Positions 21,874 through 32,618 are shown, counted from the first letter of the stretch. The stretch: DNA of 51,804 bases from Verrucomicrobia bacterium ADurb.Bin122 (GCA_002070825.1 MWDT01000001.1:1-51804), one strand, 5' to 3'. The notes: a model not told the origin generated them from the sequence alone. Made by a program: numbers and translations.

Positions 21874-23463
21874 TCATGCACGCTTGAGGGTTTTGATGCC
21901 GATGAGCTCGCGCACGACCTGGCGGTCGTCGAACGGGATCACGGTATCCGCAAACTCCTGGTAGCTCTCATGGCCTTTGCCAGCGATGAGCAGGCAGTCG
22001 CCGGGCTTGGCCATGTCCAACGCGAGGCTGATCGCGCGACGGCGATCATCGATCCAGGTAAGCTTTTCCGGCGCTGTCACACCGGCACGCATATCGTCGA
22101 AGATCTGAGCCAGAGACTCACCGCGCGGATTGTCCGCCGTCGCGAAGGAATAGTCGGCAAACTCCTGCACCGCGCGCACCATCAATGGGCGCTTGCTGCG
22201 GTCACGATTGCCACCGCAGCCGAAGACGACGAGCAGACGCCCCGGAGTGATCGTACGCAACATGCCGAGCGCATTGTGCAGGGCATCGTCAGTGTGTGCG
22301 TAATCGACCAGCACGTTGAAAGGTTGCCCCTCCTCGATGCGCTCCAGCCGTCCACTGACTCCGGCAAACGACTTCAGGCGGGCCATGATGACGGCCGGAT
22401 CGCGGCCGAGGCCCCACGCCGTCGCCACCGCCGCGAGCAAGTTACTCACGTTGTAGCGCCCGATCAGAGGGGAATCGACACACATCGAGCCTTCCGGCCA
22501 CACGAGCTTGAAGGTCGTGTTCTTGAAGTTGAGCGAGACCTCCTCGGCGCGCACGAGCGCCTCAGGAGATTCACCATAGGTCACGACCTTGACACCCTCC
22601 GGCACCACCGAGGCGAGCTGCGCCCCATGCGTATCGTCGAGGTTGATCACGGCGACCTTCGGTGTGCTCCCGACTTCACCCGTAAAGAGCCGGGCCTTGG
22701 CGGCAAAGTAGGCGTCGAGTGTCTGGTGATAATCGAGGTGGTCGCGGGTCAGATTGGTGAATACCGCGGCATCGAACTGCATGCCGAGCACGCGCTTCTG
22801 GTCGATACCGTGGGAGGAAACCTCCATCACCGCCTGCCGGCAGCCCGCATCGCGCATCTGCGCAAGCATGCCGAAGATGTCGATTGCCTCGGGCGTTGTC
22901 TTGAACGAGGGGACCGTGCGAACGCCCAGATCGTAGCTGATCGTCCCCAGCAGGCCCACGCGCTGGTCTCCGCCCAGCAGGTGCTTGAGCAGGTGCGTCA
23001 CCGTGGTTTTGCCATTGGTGCCAGTCACGCCGATCACCTGCATCTCACGATCCGGAAACTTGTAGTAGCGCTGGGACACCCGGGCGAGAATCGCACGCGG
23101 ATCCTCCACCTGGATGAATGTCACCTTGGCCGGCATGGTGGACGGCAGCTTGTTCGTGACGATCGCCACTGCACCTCGATCAATCGCCTGATCGATATAG
23201 GTGCCGCCATCGGTCCGCAGGCCCGGCAATGCGAAAAACAGTGAACCGGGGACAACCCGTCTGCTGTCCATGGCCAGACCTGAAATGGGGCGGTCAAGCG
23301 TACCCCGCGCGGCGACGATCTCGCCTTCCTGGATGTAGTCCGAGAGCTTGGGTGCCATTTTGAATATGCGTTGGCTGACAGAGTCCGCCTTGCGCACACG
23401 CCCATGCGGGCGAGCACGAAAGGCATCTATGAGTGCGTAGTCGTGTGTAAGATAACCGATCAT
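21874..23463 (-). CDS. murE: UDP-MurNAc-L-Ala-D-Glu--2,6-diaminopimelate ligase MurE
   Basis: GVTGTNGKTT and the DNPR motif. The start was chosen at ATG 23463, which has a GGAGGGAGG Shine-Dalgarno 6 nt upstream and an ATGA overlap with ftsI. The alternative is ATG 23358. Confidence 0.85.
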   Translation of the reverse strand: MIGYLTHDYALIDAFRARPHGRVRKADSVSQRIFKMAPKLSDYIQEGEIVAARGTLDRPISGLAMDSRRVVPGSLFFALPGLRTDGGTYIDQAIDRGAVAIVTNKLPSTMPAKVTFIQVEDPRAILARVSQRYYKFPDREMQVIGVTGTNGKTTVTHLLKHLLGGDQRVGLLGTISYDLGVRTVPSFKTTPEAIDIFGMLAQMRDAGCRQAVMEVSSHGIDQKRVLGMQFDAAVFTNLTRDHLDYHQTLDAYFAAKARLFTGEVGSTPKVAVINLDDTHGAQLASVVPEGVKVVTYGESPEALVRAEEVSLNFKNTTFKLVWPEGSMCVDSPLIGRYNVSNLLAAVATAWGLGRDPAVIMARLKSFAGVSGRLERIEEGQPFNVLVDYAHTDDALHNALGMLRTITPGRLLVVFGCGGNRDRSKRPLMVRAVQEFADYSFATADNPRGESLAQIFDDMRAGVTAPEKLTWIDDRRRAISLALDMAKPGDCLLIAGKGHESYQEFADTVIPFDDRQVVRELIGIKTLKRA

Positions 23464-25376
23464 CGGCGGCCTCCCTCCATGGCGAGCAGCGCCGGACGGG
23501 GCGCGACCACCGAAGGTTTGATATCGAGATACTGGACAAGCTGCTCGCCGATGCGCTTGAAGGACGGCGCAGCAACCGCGTTGCCATACGCCACGCCATT
23601 GCGGCACCGTGCATCGGCATCGTCGACGATGACGGAGATCACCACTGCCGGATTGCTCGCTGGGAAAAAGCCCACGAACGAAGCCGTGTGATGACGTGTC
23701 GAGTACTGCCCTCCGATCAGCTTCTGGGTGGTGCCGGTCTTTCCGGCGACTTCGAAACCCGGTATGGCCGCCTCGGGAGCGGTGCCCTCACCTTTGACGA
23801 CAACCCACTTGAGCATCTCCGCCATCGTGCGCGCAGTCTCCGGCTTCATGACCGTGCGCTCCGCGATCCGGTCGTAGCGGAACACGACTTCGCCGCCGGC
23901 ATCGCGGATCTCGCGTATGACCTGCGGGCGGAGCCATTCGCCGCCGCTGGCGATCGCTGCCATCGCCGAGTGAATCTGCAACGGAGTGCCATCCACGGAG
24001 TGCCCCATCGGCATGCGCGTGATCGTGAGCCCATCCCACTTTTCAGGCGGCGTCAGCGTGCCCTTGACCTCGCCGCCGACGGGGAACCCTGTCAGCTGGC
24101 CAAAGCCAAACGCTTTCGCGTAGTCGTAGAATTTCTGCTCGCCGAGGAGCATGGCCAACTGGGCCGCACCCTTGTTTGAAGAGTGTGAGGCGATCTCCCG
24201 CACACTCAGCGGATGTTCGAAACGATGAGCTTCCTTCGGCAGATTACGCGGGCGTCCGCGGTATTCGATCGAGTCGAGGGAACAGTCGAATTTCGTCTGC
24301 GGTGTCACCTTGGCCTGATCAATCGCGGCCGCGATTGCCACGATCTTGAAGGTTGAGCCCGGCTCCAGGACATCGGTGACGGCAATGTTCTTCATCGAAG
24401 CCATGTCGGCCTTCGAGTACTCGGTGAGGTTGAACGACGGGTAGTTGCCCATCGCCAGAATAAAGCCGCTACGGGCATCGCTCACGATGATCGTGGCCTT
24501 CTGCGGCTGGTACTTCTCGGCGATCGCGCTCAGCTCCTCCTCGACCATGTGCTGCACGGCGGAGTCGATCGAAAGCACCACTTGAAACCCGTCGACGGGC
24601 GAGACCTCGCGGGTGCGGAATTGCGCCAGCTCATGGCGCTTGCCGTCGCGCTCGCTCTCGCGCCAACCGTTCTGCCCGCGCAGATAAAAATCCGCATAGT
24701 ACTCGATGCCGGCCGCGGGAGTACCCTCCTTGTTCACATAACCGATCACATGCGAAGCCAGCTCGTTTTGCGGATAAACACGCCGGTACACACGCGGCCC
24801 ATAGACCCCCTTGATCCCGAGCGCCGTGATTCTCTCGTACGTGGATTCGTCCACGTGGTCGGAAAGTTTGGCCCACCGGATGGGGCGCTCGCCGCGCTCG
24901 TCAGGAGTCTCGTCGGCGATGACATCCTGCTCCGTCTCGCTCTTGGGCGTATCGTCCGTGAGGGAGAAATCGAAAAGCGACGGGCCGGCATCCTCGCGAC
25001 CGGCAGCAGGGGCGGACACATTGGGGGAGCGTGTCTTCGTGGTGAAAATGCGGCGAAGCTCGCTCTCGGGCATGCCGATCAGTTCGGCGAGCTGCGGCCA
25101 CTTGGCCTCGTCCTGCGGACGAAGCGTCTGCGGATCCACACCGAGCACGATCTGCGATTTGCTCGTGGCCAGAATGTTTCCACGCGCGTCCAGGATGTCT
25201 CCGCGGCGCGCATTCTCCACGATGATGTCGCGACGTGCCTTCGTCACATAGGCGAGCAAGCGGTCGCGGTCGAAAACGTGAAGTTGCATCAGGCGCGCGC
25301 CGATGCCGACAAAGCTCACGCCGACAAGAGCAGCGACGAGCCAGATGCGATAACTGGAAGCAAAGCCCCGGCTCAT
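23460..25376 (-). CDS. ftsI: Penicillin-binding protein 3-type transpeptidase FtsI
   Basis: N-terminal TM segment. Motifs STFK, SSN and KTGTT. Confidence 0.9.
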   Translation of the reverse strand: MSRGFASSYRIWLVAALVGVSFVGIGARLMQLHVFDRDRLLAYVTKARRDIIVENARRGDILDARGNILATSKSQIVLGVDPQTLRPQDEAKWPQLAELIGMPESELRRIFTTKTRSPNVSAPAAGREDAGPSLFDFSLTDDTPKSETEQDVIADETPDERGERPIRWAKLSDHVDESTYERITALGIKGVYGPRVYRRVYPQNELASHVIGYVNKEGTPAAGIEYYADFYLRGQNGWRESERDGKRHELAQFRTREVSPVDGFQVVLSIDSAVQHMVEEELSAIAEKYQPQKATIIVSDARSGFILAMGNYPSFNLTEYSKADMASMKNIAVTDVLEPGSTFKIVAIAAAIDQAKVTPQTKFDCSLDSIEYRGRPRNLPKEAHRFEHPLSVREIASHSSNKGAAQLAMLLGEQKFYDYAKAFGFGQLTGFPVGGEVKGTLTPPEKWDGLTITRMPMGHSVDGTPLQIHSAMAAIASGGEWLRPQVIREIRDAGGEVVFRYDRIAERTVMKPETARTMAEMLKWVVVKGEGTAPEAAIPGFEVAGKTGTTQKLIGGQYSTRHHTASFVGFFPASNPAVVISVIVDDADARCRNGVAYGNAVAAPSFKRIGEQLVQYLDIKPSVVAPRPALLAMEGGRR

Positions 25377-25768
25377 TGGACGTCGTTACCTCCCGTGCGA
25401 AGGAGCACAAAGGACGCGCCATCCGAGAAGAGGCCGCGGTTGCGTTTGGCAGCGAGCCGGGAAGTCACGTCTTCGCGCACGCGACAGACCTGGGGTTCGG
25501 TCGGGGGCACGAGGCCCAGGCCCCACATCTGATTGCGGCTCTTCAGCACATCAGGGCTTTGTTCCTGCTCAATCGCTGCCGTTTTCTCGACGAGCAGACG
25601 TTCCGTCGCCGCAATCTTGGACTCCAGACGACGGTTGGTCTCGGCCGTCACGGACATCTGGTGACGCAGCCAGACGGCGCCCATGCCCATCGAGCCTCCA
25701 AATCCGATGAGGACGAGGGCATAAACCAGCATTTGGTTTACGAAGGCGTGGGGCACGTGCTTGTTCAT
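25373..25768 (-). CDS. ftsL: FtsL-like cell division protein
   Basis: 131 aa with one TM segment (MLVYALVLIGFGGSMGMGAVW) followed by a coiled-coil-like stretch. Position between rsmH and ftsI. Confidence 0.6.
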   Translation of the reverse strand: MNKHVPHAFVNQMLVYALVLIGFGGSMGMGAVWLRHQMSVTAETNRRLESKIAATERLLVEKTAAIEQEQSPDVLKSRNQMWGLGLVPPTEPQVCRVREDVTSRLAAKRNRGLFSDGASFVLLRTGGNDVQ

Positions 25769-25797
25769 GGCGGGAGGCGGAGGACGAAAGTGGGCGG

Positions 25798-26757
25798 TTA
25801 AAGTTTTCGGAGGGCGCGCAGCTTGGCGGAGCGGCTGCGGGGGTTGACCGCGAGCTCTTCGGCTCCGGCGACGATGGGGCGGCGGGTGAGCGGCTCGGCC
25901 AGGCGGATGCGCAGATCCTGCGGTGTCGCGTCGTCAGCACTCTCGGGCTGGCCGCACCAGCGGCGGAAGGCCTGCTTCACGAGGCGGTCCTCAAGCGAGT
26001 GGAAGCTGATCACGCAGAGCACGCCGCCGGGGGCTAGCTTCGCAAAGGCGGCCGGCAAGGCGCGCTCGATGGCGCCGAGCTCATCATTCACTGCGATGCG
26101 GATGCCCTGAAAGGCGCGCGTAGCCGGATGAATCTTTGAAGAATGGCGGTCGCGCGCCGGAATCGCCTCGGCGATCACCTGGGCAAGCGAAGCAGTGCGG
26201 GACAACGCACCGGTACCGCGGGCTGCGACGATGGCCTTGACGACGCGTCGCCAGTGCGGCTCCTCGCCGTACTCGCGTACAGCACGGACGAGCATCTCCT
26301 CGGTGCAGGTTTCCAGCCACTGGCTGGCCGGCACGCCGCTGCGCGGATCCATGCGCATGTCGGCCGGGGCGTCGTTGCGGAAGGAGAAACCACGGGCCGT
26401 CTCGTCGAGTTGGAAGGAGGAGACACCCAGATCGAAAAGGGCGCCGTCAAAGCCTTCGGCGGAGATTTCGGCGAGGTGGCCAAAATCGCGGCCGACGAGG
26501 GCAAAGCGGCCGGCGAACTCCTCGCGCAAAATATCGGCACGCGCCTGCGCAGCGGGGTCGCGGTCAAAGGCGAGCACCTCGACATCGGGTGCGGATTCGA
26601 GGATGGCGCGCGTGTGACCGCCACCGCCAAAGGTGCCGTCGAGGTAGCGTCCGCCAGCCCGGGGTGCGAGCAGCTCGATCACCTCGCGAAGCAAAACGGG
26701 TTGGTGGCCGGGTGTCATGGGGGAGGCCTTGGCGGTTTCAGATAGCACGGCAGACAT
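25798..26757 (-). CDS. rsmH: 16S rRNA (cytosine1402-N4)-methyltransferase RsmH/MraW
   Basis: HQPVLLREV...[13 protein letters not shown] 26757 is preceded by AGGAGG. The alternative start is ATG 26718. Confidence 0.9.
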   Translation of the reverse strand: MSAVLSETAKASPMTPGHQPVLLREVIELLAPRAGGRYLDGTFGGGGHTRAILESAPDVEVLAFDRDPAAQARADILREEFAGRFALVGRDFGHLAEISAEGFDGALFDLGVSSFQLDETARGFSFRNDAPADMRMDPRSGVPASQWLETCTEEMLVRAVREYGEEPHWRRVVKAIVAARGTGALSRTASLAQVIAEAIPARDRHSSKIHPATRAFQGIRIAVNDELGAIERALPAAFAKLAPGGVLCVISFHSLEDRLVKQAFRRWCGQPESADDATPQDLRIRLAEPLTRRPIVAGAEELAVNPRSRSAKLRALRKL

Positions 26758-26952
26758 CGGCGGCCTCCTGGGCGACCGGAATGGCCGCGGCGTTGCGTGC
26801 AGCTCCGGCGCGCTCGGAAATTTCAAGACGGCGCAGCGTGAGGCTCGCACGGACGAACGGAGCGACGGCGGAAAAACGCCGGGGGCTTCCGAGGCGGGCG
26901 GTGCTGAGAACCTGCGAGCGCGTCGGGATGACTTTGGCGAAGGTCGGCATCG

Positions 26953-27405
26953 TCAGATCCCATAGCGGCGGAGGAAATCCGCCTGACTGGCCTCGCTCGT
27001 TCGCGCGGCGATCGCAGCCCAGCGCTCCGGGCTGTAAATGCTGAAGGTGTTCATCGATCCGCTCAGGACCGACTCCTTGGCGATGCCGGCGCGCTGGAGC
27101 AGGTCGGCGTTGAGGGCGATGCGGCCCTGCTTGTCGAAAGTGAAGGCCTGGGCGACGGCGAAGAACGCCGCGATTTGATCGCGCGCCTGCGTGTCGGAGA
27201 GCGGTACGGCCGCGATCTTCTCGTGCAACTTCTCCACTTCGGCGGGCGGCAGCACGGAAATGTAGCCGCCCGGATTGGGCACCGCGAGGAACTGCTCGCC
27301 CTCTCCGTGAGCCGCACGCCACGCCGACGGGATCGTAAGCCGACCCTTGTCGTCGAGGTTATGCCGGTAGCTTCCGGTGTAGAGAGTTTTGCCAGGTAGT
27401 GCCAT
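26953..27405 (-). CDS. mraZ: Transcriptional regulator MraZ
   Basis: 150 aa with two DxxxR-type repeats, LDDKGRLTIP and FDKQGRIAL. First gene of the dcw cluster. Confidence 0.9.
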   Translation of the reverse strand: MALPGKTLYTGSYRHNLDDKGRLTIPSAWRAAHGEGEQFLAVPNPGGYISVLPPAEVEKLHEKIAAVPLSDTQARDQIAAFFAVAQAFTFDKQGRIALNADLLQRAGIAKESVLSGSMNTFSIYSPERWAAIAARTSEASQADFLRRYGI

Positions 27406-27424
27406 TGGGCGGCGTGATTAGTGC

Positions 27425-27458
27425 CCCATTTCGCCCCATTTCATCCCAATTTCACCCA
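27425..27458 (-). promoter_or_regulatory. Candidate MraZ operator: four TGGG boxes at exact 10-bp spacing
   Basis: The minus strand reads TGTGGGTGAAATTGGGATGAAATGGGGCGAAATGGGGCAC. CCCA on the plus strand occurs at 27425, 27435, 27445 and 27455. The array sits 20-53 nt upstream of the mraZ ATG. Confidence 0.6.
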
Positions 27459-27547
27459 CAACGGTCAAGTATAGAGCCGCGCCAAACCCCAGTTTTCGCG
27501 AAAAACTTATTCACATTCTCACAATCCTTAGGCTTTCTACGCGGCAC

Positions 27548-27853
27548 ATGCTCGCGCCTCGCTCGATTCAGATCGTCGGTCAGGAGGTCGCCATCGCCTG
27601 GTCCGATGGCGAGGAGAGCTATTTCACGTTCGCCAAGCTCCGCGCCGCCTCCCCGAGTGCGGAAAACCAGGGCGAGCCCGATCTTTTCGGCAACCGCCAC
27701 GGCGGAGTGACCGGACCGCGCGACTACTCGAAAGTCGAAGTCCGCGGTTGGGCCCAGGTCGGCAACTACGCGATCCAATTCAATTTTAGCGACGGTCACA
27801 AATCCGGGCTCTACACCTACGAGTACCTGCGCGATCTCGCGCGACATCCGTAG
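27548..27853 (+). CDS. DUF971-family protein
   Basis: 101 aa. ...[26 protein letters not shown]...[24 protein letters not shown] fits the DUF971 pattern. Confidence 0.6.
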   Translation: MLAPRSIQIVGQEVAIAWSDGEESYFTFAKLRAASPSAENQGEPDLFGNRHGGVTGPRDYSKVEVRGWAQVGNYAIQFNFSDGHKSGLYTYEYLRDLARHP

Positions 27854-27969
27854 GGGCGTGCGTCCACTGGTGCCTGTTACAGGCCGCGACCTCGCCCCGT
27901 GCCGTATTTCGCGCTTTTCACCGTCCGCCCGGACAGTCTTTCATCCAACCTTTCACTCATTCAAAATCC

Positions 27970-28428
27970 ATGAACTTTCCCGCACGTACCACCAACCCCG
28001 AGATCGAACTCGGCAAAACGTTCCAGCCGAAATTCGGCTCCGACGGCCTCATCCCCTGCATCACGCAAGACATCGCCACCGGCCAGGTGCTGATGTTTGC
28101 CTTCATGAACGCCGAGTCGCTCGGCCACACCCTCAAGACCAAGAAGGCCACCTACTGGAGCCGCTCCCGCAACAAGCTCTGGGTAAAGGGCGAGGAATCC
28201 GGCAACGTCCAGTGGGTAAAGGAGCTCTACACCGACTGCGATCAGGATGTGATCCTCATCAAAGTGGAACAAATCGGCGCAGCCAACGCCTCCTGCCACA
28301 ACGGCTACAAGTCCTGCTTCTATCGCAAGCTCGACAACCTCGACACCGCCGCCGAAGGCAAGAGCTTTGACCTCGGCTACGTCGCCGAACGCCTCTTCGA
28401 CCCCGCTACCGTCTACAAGAAGAAGTAA
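27970..28428 (+). CDS. hisI: Phosphoribosyl-AMP cyclohydrolase HisI
   Basis: GLIPCITQD...[12 protein letters not shown]...[20 protein letters not shown]...[13 protein letters not shown]...CH.G..SCF. Confidence 0.85.
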   Translation: MNFPARTTNPEIELGKTFQPKFGSDGLIPCITQDIATGQVLMFAFMNAESLGHTLKTKKATYWSRSRNKLWVKGEESGNVQWVKELYTDCDQDVILIKVEQIGAANASCHNGYKSCFYRKLDNLDTAAEGKSFDLGYVAERLFDPATVYKKK

Positions 28429-28476
28429 GCCGCCACGCCGCCGGGCCGCTCACCACGCCCGGCCCTGGTTTGCCCA

Positions 28477-28508
28477 GCCCGACGCCCTTCCGCGTCGGGC
28501 TTTTTATT
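28477..28508 (+). terminator. Rho-independent terminator after hisI
   Basis: GCCCGACGC-ccttcc-GCGTCGGGC followed by TTTTTATT. Confidence 0.75.
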
Positions 28509-28637
28509 GGCAAACGCGTCCCCTGTGCATCCAGCTTCGCTTCGGGCGAGCGCAGACGCAGGCAAAGAGCCACGCGGTCCTGCCCGTTGAGCCACGCAGC
28601 CCCACCGCGCGAGACGCAGCTGAGCCGCAGAGCCGGC

Positions 28638-29423
28638 TCAGACACCCGGCACCAACCCGCGCTCGCTCTTCTCGGCAAACGCCAGCAGACGCTGAAACTC
28701 GGCTGAGGCCGCGTGCTCGTGAGCCTGGAGCCGTTCGATCGCCTGCGAGCGGTTCAACCCCTCGCGATATAGGATGCGGAAAAGCGACTTCACGCGCTCG
28801 ATCTGCTCCGCGGTGTAGCCGAATCGTTCGAGGCCGATCTTGTTAAACGTGCGCACGGTCGCCGGCGAACCGTCGACGATGAAAAACGGCGGCACATCCT
28901 GCACCACCTTGGCACACGCCCCCACCATCGCATGCGCGCCGACACGGCAAAACTGGTGCACACCACCATAGCCGGCGATGATCACATGGTCCTCGACCGT
29001 CACATGGCCGGCGAGTCCCGCATAGTTGCTCATGATGATGTGATTTCCGAGCACGCACTCGTGCGCGATGTGCGTGTAGGCGAGGAACAGGTTGTCGTTG
29101 CCGATCACCGTGTGGTCGCCCTCGAAGGTCGCCGCGTGCGCGCTCACGTACTCGCGAAACACATTGCGATCGCCGATACGCAGTCCGGGCACGCCGCCGC
29201 GGTACTTCAAATCCTGCGTCTTCGCGCCCAGATTCGCGTGCGGGAAAACCTCGCACTGCACCCCGAGCACCGTATCGCCCTCGACCGAGGCATGGTGGTG
29301 CAGCCGCGTGCCGGCGCCGAGCGTCACGCCCGCGCCCACAAACGCAAACGGCCCGATCTCCACATCGTCGCCGAGCTGGGCTCCGCTCTCGACGACCGCC
29401 GAAGGATGGATGCGCGTGGCCAT
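28638..29423 (-). CDS. lpxA: Acyl-ACP--UDP-GlcNAc O-acyltransferase LpxA
   Basis: Starts at MATRIHPSAVVESGAQLGDDVEIGPFAFV, followed by left-handed beta-helix hexapeptide repeats. The ATG lies 1 nt after the lpxC/fabZ stop. Confidence 0.85.
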   Translation of the reverse strand: MATRIHPSAVVESGAQLGDDVEIGPFAFVGAGVTLGAGTRLHHHASVEGDTVLGVQCEVFPHANLGAKTQDLKYRGGVPGLRIGDRNVFREYVSAHAATFEGDHTVIGNDNLFLAYTHIAHECVLGNHIIMSNYAGLAGHVTVEDHVIIAGYGGVHQFCRVGAHAMVGACAKVVQDVPPFFIVDGSPATVRTFNKIGLERFGYTAEQIERVKSLFRILYREGLNRSQAIERLQAHEHAASAEFQRLLAFAEKSERGLVPGV

Positions 29424-29424
29424 G

Positions 29425-30753
29425 TTAAGCGTCAGCGCCTTCGTCGACAATCGTGAACATCAGCTCGGCCGAGGAGACGACCTGCCCGTCCACCGTGCAG
29501 CTGCACTCGGCGGCGGCCAGCTTCTCCCCACGGACCTTCGTGATCTTTGCGTTGATGATCACCTGATCGCCTGGCCGCACCGGACGGCGGAACTTCACCT
29601 TGTCGGCGCTCATGAAAAACGCCGTGCAGTTGGCCTTGCTGGTGCGCCGCAGCATGAGCACACCGGCCGCCTGCGCCATCGCCTCCAGTTGCAGCACCCC
29701 GGGCATCACCGGATTGCCCGGGAAATGCCCTTGGAAAAACGGCTCGTTGATCGTCACGTTCTTGATCGCGACCAGCTCGTTGTCGCTGATGAATTCGACG
29801 ATGCGGTCGATCATCACAAACGGATAGCGGTGCGGAATCGTGTCGAGGATGCGCCGGATATCGAGCGACGTCTCCGTCGCCAGCACGCGTGCCGGACGCG
29901 CCTTTTTCTTCGGCTCCTTCGATTTCTCCTCGAGACGCGCCGCGATGGCCTTCGTCAACTCGGCGTTGATCGCATGGCCCGGCCGCACTGCGATGATATG
30001 CGCCTTCAGTGGCACGCCGAGCAGCAGAATGTCGCCGATCAGATCGAGGATCTTGTGCCGGACAAATTCGTCCGGGAAACGCAGCCCCTCCTTCGAGAGG
30101 ATCTTGTCGCCCTTGATCACCACGGCGCAGTCCAGCGAGCCGCCCTTGATCTTGCCCATCTTGAGCAACGGCTCGATGTCCTCGTACACCGTGAAGGTGC
30201 GCGCAGCGGCCAACTGCGAGATATATACGTCCGGATTGACCGTCAGCGAAAGATGCTGGGTGTGGATGCCACGGTCGTCGGCCGACGTGCACGTGATCTT
30301 CAGCTCGTCGCAGGGCAGCGCGATCAGCGAGGAATTGCCGCGCGTGACCGATACCGGCACATCCAGGCAAAACGCATCGCGGTCCTTCGCCTGCTCCACC
30401 GGCTCCCCCTGGAGGATCAGGTTCACAAAAGGTTTCGCCGAACCGTCCATGATCGGCGGCTCGCCCGCATTCATCTCGACGAGGATGTTGTCGATGCCGC
30501 AGCCGTGCAGCGCGCTCAGCACATGCTCGACCAGATGGATCTGCACCGAGCCGGTGGTCAGACCGGTGTTGCGCACCAGATCGCCGATCAGGCTGATGTG
30601 CGGTTTCACCTCCGGAGCTCCAGGCAGGTCGATGCGTTTGATGACGATACCGTGATCCACGGGCGCGGGCTTGAGCGTGAGCGTGACGGTCTGACCGCTG
30701 TGCAGACCATGTCCGCTGACAGAGACTTCGCGCGCGAGAGTGCGTTGCTTCAT
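29425..30753 (-). CDS. lpxC: Bifunctional LpxC deacetylase / FabZ dehydratase
   Basis: The N-terminus [21 protein letters not shown]... is LpxC-like. The C-terminus has the FabZ hot-dog [13 protein letters not shown]...[15 protein letters not shown]. Confidence 0.85.
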   Translation of the reverse strand: MKQRTLAREVSVSGHGLHSGQTVTLTLKPAPVDHGIVIKRIDLPGAPEVKPHISLIGDLVRNTGLTTGSVQIHLVEHVLSALHGCGIDNILVEMNAGEPPIMDGSAKPFVNLILQGEPVEQAKDRDAFCLDVPVSVTRGNSSLIALPCDELKITCTSADDRGIHTQHLSLTVNPDVYISQLAAARTFTVYEDIEPLLKMGKIKGGSLDCAVVIKGDKILSKEGLRFPDEFVRHKILDLIGDILLLGVPLKAHIIAVRPGHAINAELTKAIAARLEEKSKEPKKKARPARVLATETSLDIRRILDTIPHRYPFVMIDRIVEFISDNELVAIKNVTINEPFFQGHFPGNPVMPGVLQLEAMAQAAGVLMLRRTSKANCTAFFMSADKVKFRRPVRPGDQVIINAKITKVRGEKLAAAECSCTVDGQVVSSAELMFTIVDEGADA

Positions 30754-30890
30754 AGGGTTTGACGGGGAATGTCGGCAACGCTCGCCACCGAGCGCAAGCG
30801 CGGAGATTTCCACTCCCGCAAGCCACCTGCATCAGCCCCCTCACTGGAATCACCGTTGCCCGCATGATCCAAAGGCGCCTTCGTCAACCC

Positions 30891-31631
30891 ATGTCCAACG
30901 AGTCCACCACGCCCGTGTGGCACCTACACAACCACGCCCTCGTGGAGTCCACCAACGACCTCGCCGGCCAGCTCCCCGGCTGGCACGCCGTCGTTGCCGA
31001 GCGCCAAACCTCCGGCCGTGGCCGCTACCGGCGCAACTGGGTCTCCGACGCCGGCGGCATCTGGGTCTCCGCCGTCCTCCCCACTCCCGGCCCCGCTGAG
31101 CGCTGGGCCATCCTCCCGCTCGCCGCCGGCTGGGCCCTCCGCGAGATGCTCGCCACACTCGGCGTCGCCGGCACCCGCCTGCGCTGGCCCAATGATCTCA
31201 TGATCGGCCCCGCCAAACTCGCCGGCATCCTCGTCGAACGCTTCAACCCAACGACGGCCGTCATCGGCATCGGCATCAACTACACCAACGATCCCGCCGC
31301 CGCCGACCCCGCGCTTCTCGGCCGGGTCACGCGCCTCGCCGACCTCGTCCAGCCGATCCCGCCACGCGAAGCCGTCCTTGCCGCCCTCCTCGCCCACCTC
31401 GCGCAAGCCCAGCAACGCATCGCCGCCGGCGGGCTCTCCCAACTCCTGCCCACACTCAACACCGCCTGGCACACCGGACGCGTCACCATCACCCTCCACC
31501 CGCCCGCCTCCACCGTCCTCCACGGCACATTCCACGGCGTCACCGAAACCGGCGACCTCATCCTCCGCACCGACGACGCCCGCCAGCACATCCTCCCGCC
31601 ACTCGACGTCGCCCTACTCCGGGAAGACTAG
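30891..31631 (+). CDS. birA: Biotin--[acetyl-CoA-carboxylase] ligase (group I, no HTH)
   Basis: ERQTSGRGRYRRNW matches the GRGRxGRxW biotin-binding loop. The start is ambiguous (ATG 30864 or 30891). Confidence 0.75.
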   Translation: MSNESTTPVWHLHNHALVESTNDLAGQLPGWHAVVAERQTSGRGRYRRNWVSDAGGIWVSAVLPTPGPAERWAILPLAAGWALREMLATLGVAGTRLRWPNDLMIGPAKLAGILVERFNPTTAVIGIGINYTNDPAAADPALLGRVTRLADLVQPIPPREAVLAALLAHLAQAQQRIAAGGLSQLLPTLNTAWHTGRVTITLHPPASTVLHGTFHGVTETGDLILRTDDARQHILPPLDVALLRED

Positions 31632-31701
31632 CCGACCCCGCGCCGGCAAAAAACAATCGCCACCGCGCCGCCTCTGGCATTCAGCTCTCGTCCAGCCAAC
31701 C

Positions 31702-32418
31702 ATGACCGAGAGCCCCACCACCAGCAGGCTCCAGGCACTGGCGGTTCAAGAGCGTCCGCAGGAGCGCCTGCAACGCCTCGGCACCGCCGCCCTGAGCGAC
31801 ATCGAACTCCTCGCCATGCTCCTGCGCAGCGGCACGCGCGGGCACGATGTCCTCTCGCTCTCCGCCCACCTCCTCCAAGCCGCCGGATCCCTCGCCGCGC
31901 TCCTCACCTGGAGCGAAACCGATTTCCGACGCCTCAAAGGGATCGGCCACGTCAAAGCCCTCCAGCTGCTCACCGTGATGGAGCTCGCGCGCCGCGTACT
32001 CAGCCAGCAATCCGGCGCAGCGCCCCTGCTCAACCGAGCCGACCTCATCGCCGGCTACCTCCACCCCCACGCCGCGGGGCTCGAAGTCGAAAAATTCTGG
32101 GTTCTCTGCCTCAACACCAAACTCCGCCTCATCCAACGCGTCGAAGCCACGTCCGGCACCGCCACCGCCAGCCTCAGCCACCCGCGAGAAGTTTTCCGCG
32201 AAGCCATCCGCCGTGCCGCCACCAGCATCGTCGTCGCCCACAACCACCCCAGCGGCGACCCGCAGCCCAGCGCGGCCGACCTCCAGGTCACCCGTCAGCT
32301 CGCCGCCGCCGCGCGCACGGTCGAAATCCAACTCCTCGACCACGTGATTCTCGGGCGCCAAGAAGCCGATCCGGCAGGCCGGGGCTGGTATAGCTTTCGC
32401 GAAGCAGGCCTTCTCTGA
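31702..32418 (+). CDS. radC: RadC-like JAB/MPN domain protein
   Basis: Starts at MTESPTT... (ATG 31702). N-terminal helix-hairpin-helix-like segment LSDIELLAMLLRSGTRG and the JAMM motif HNHPSGDPQPS. Confidence 0.85.
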   Translation: MTESPTTSRLQALAVQERPQERLQRLGTAALSDIELLAMLLRSGTRGHDVLSLSAHLLQAAGSLAALLTWSETDFRRLKGIGHVKALQLLTVMELARRVLSQQSGAAPLLNRADLIAGYLHPHAAGLEVEKFWVLCLNTKLRLIQRVEATSGTATASLSHPREVFREAIRRAATSIVVAHNHPSGDPQPSAADLQVTRQLAAAARTVEIQLLDHVILGRQEADPAGRGWYSFREAGLL

Positions 32419-32466
32419 AACCCGGCGACAGCGGGGGCGTGTTATACAAAACCCTGAAGGCGAAAG

Positions 32467-32554
<88 letters not shown>

Positions 32555-32596
32555 GTGACAAGAAGGCGGGACCGTAGGCGGTGCCCGAAAAAACGG

Positions 32597-32618
32597 AAGC
32601 CGAAAAAACGGCTTTTTT
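32597..32618. terminator. Small hairpin terminator between tsf and tRNA-Ser
   Basis: AAGCCG-aaaaaa-CGGCTT followed by TTTT. It is symmetric, so it is usable on both strands. Confidence 0.4.

Noticed and set aside
31378-31701. N-terminal 108-codon extension of the radC ORF.
   Set aside because: It overlaps the 3' end of birA in another frame and is Pro/Ser/Thr-rich low complexity. RadC homology starts at ATG 31702.
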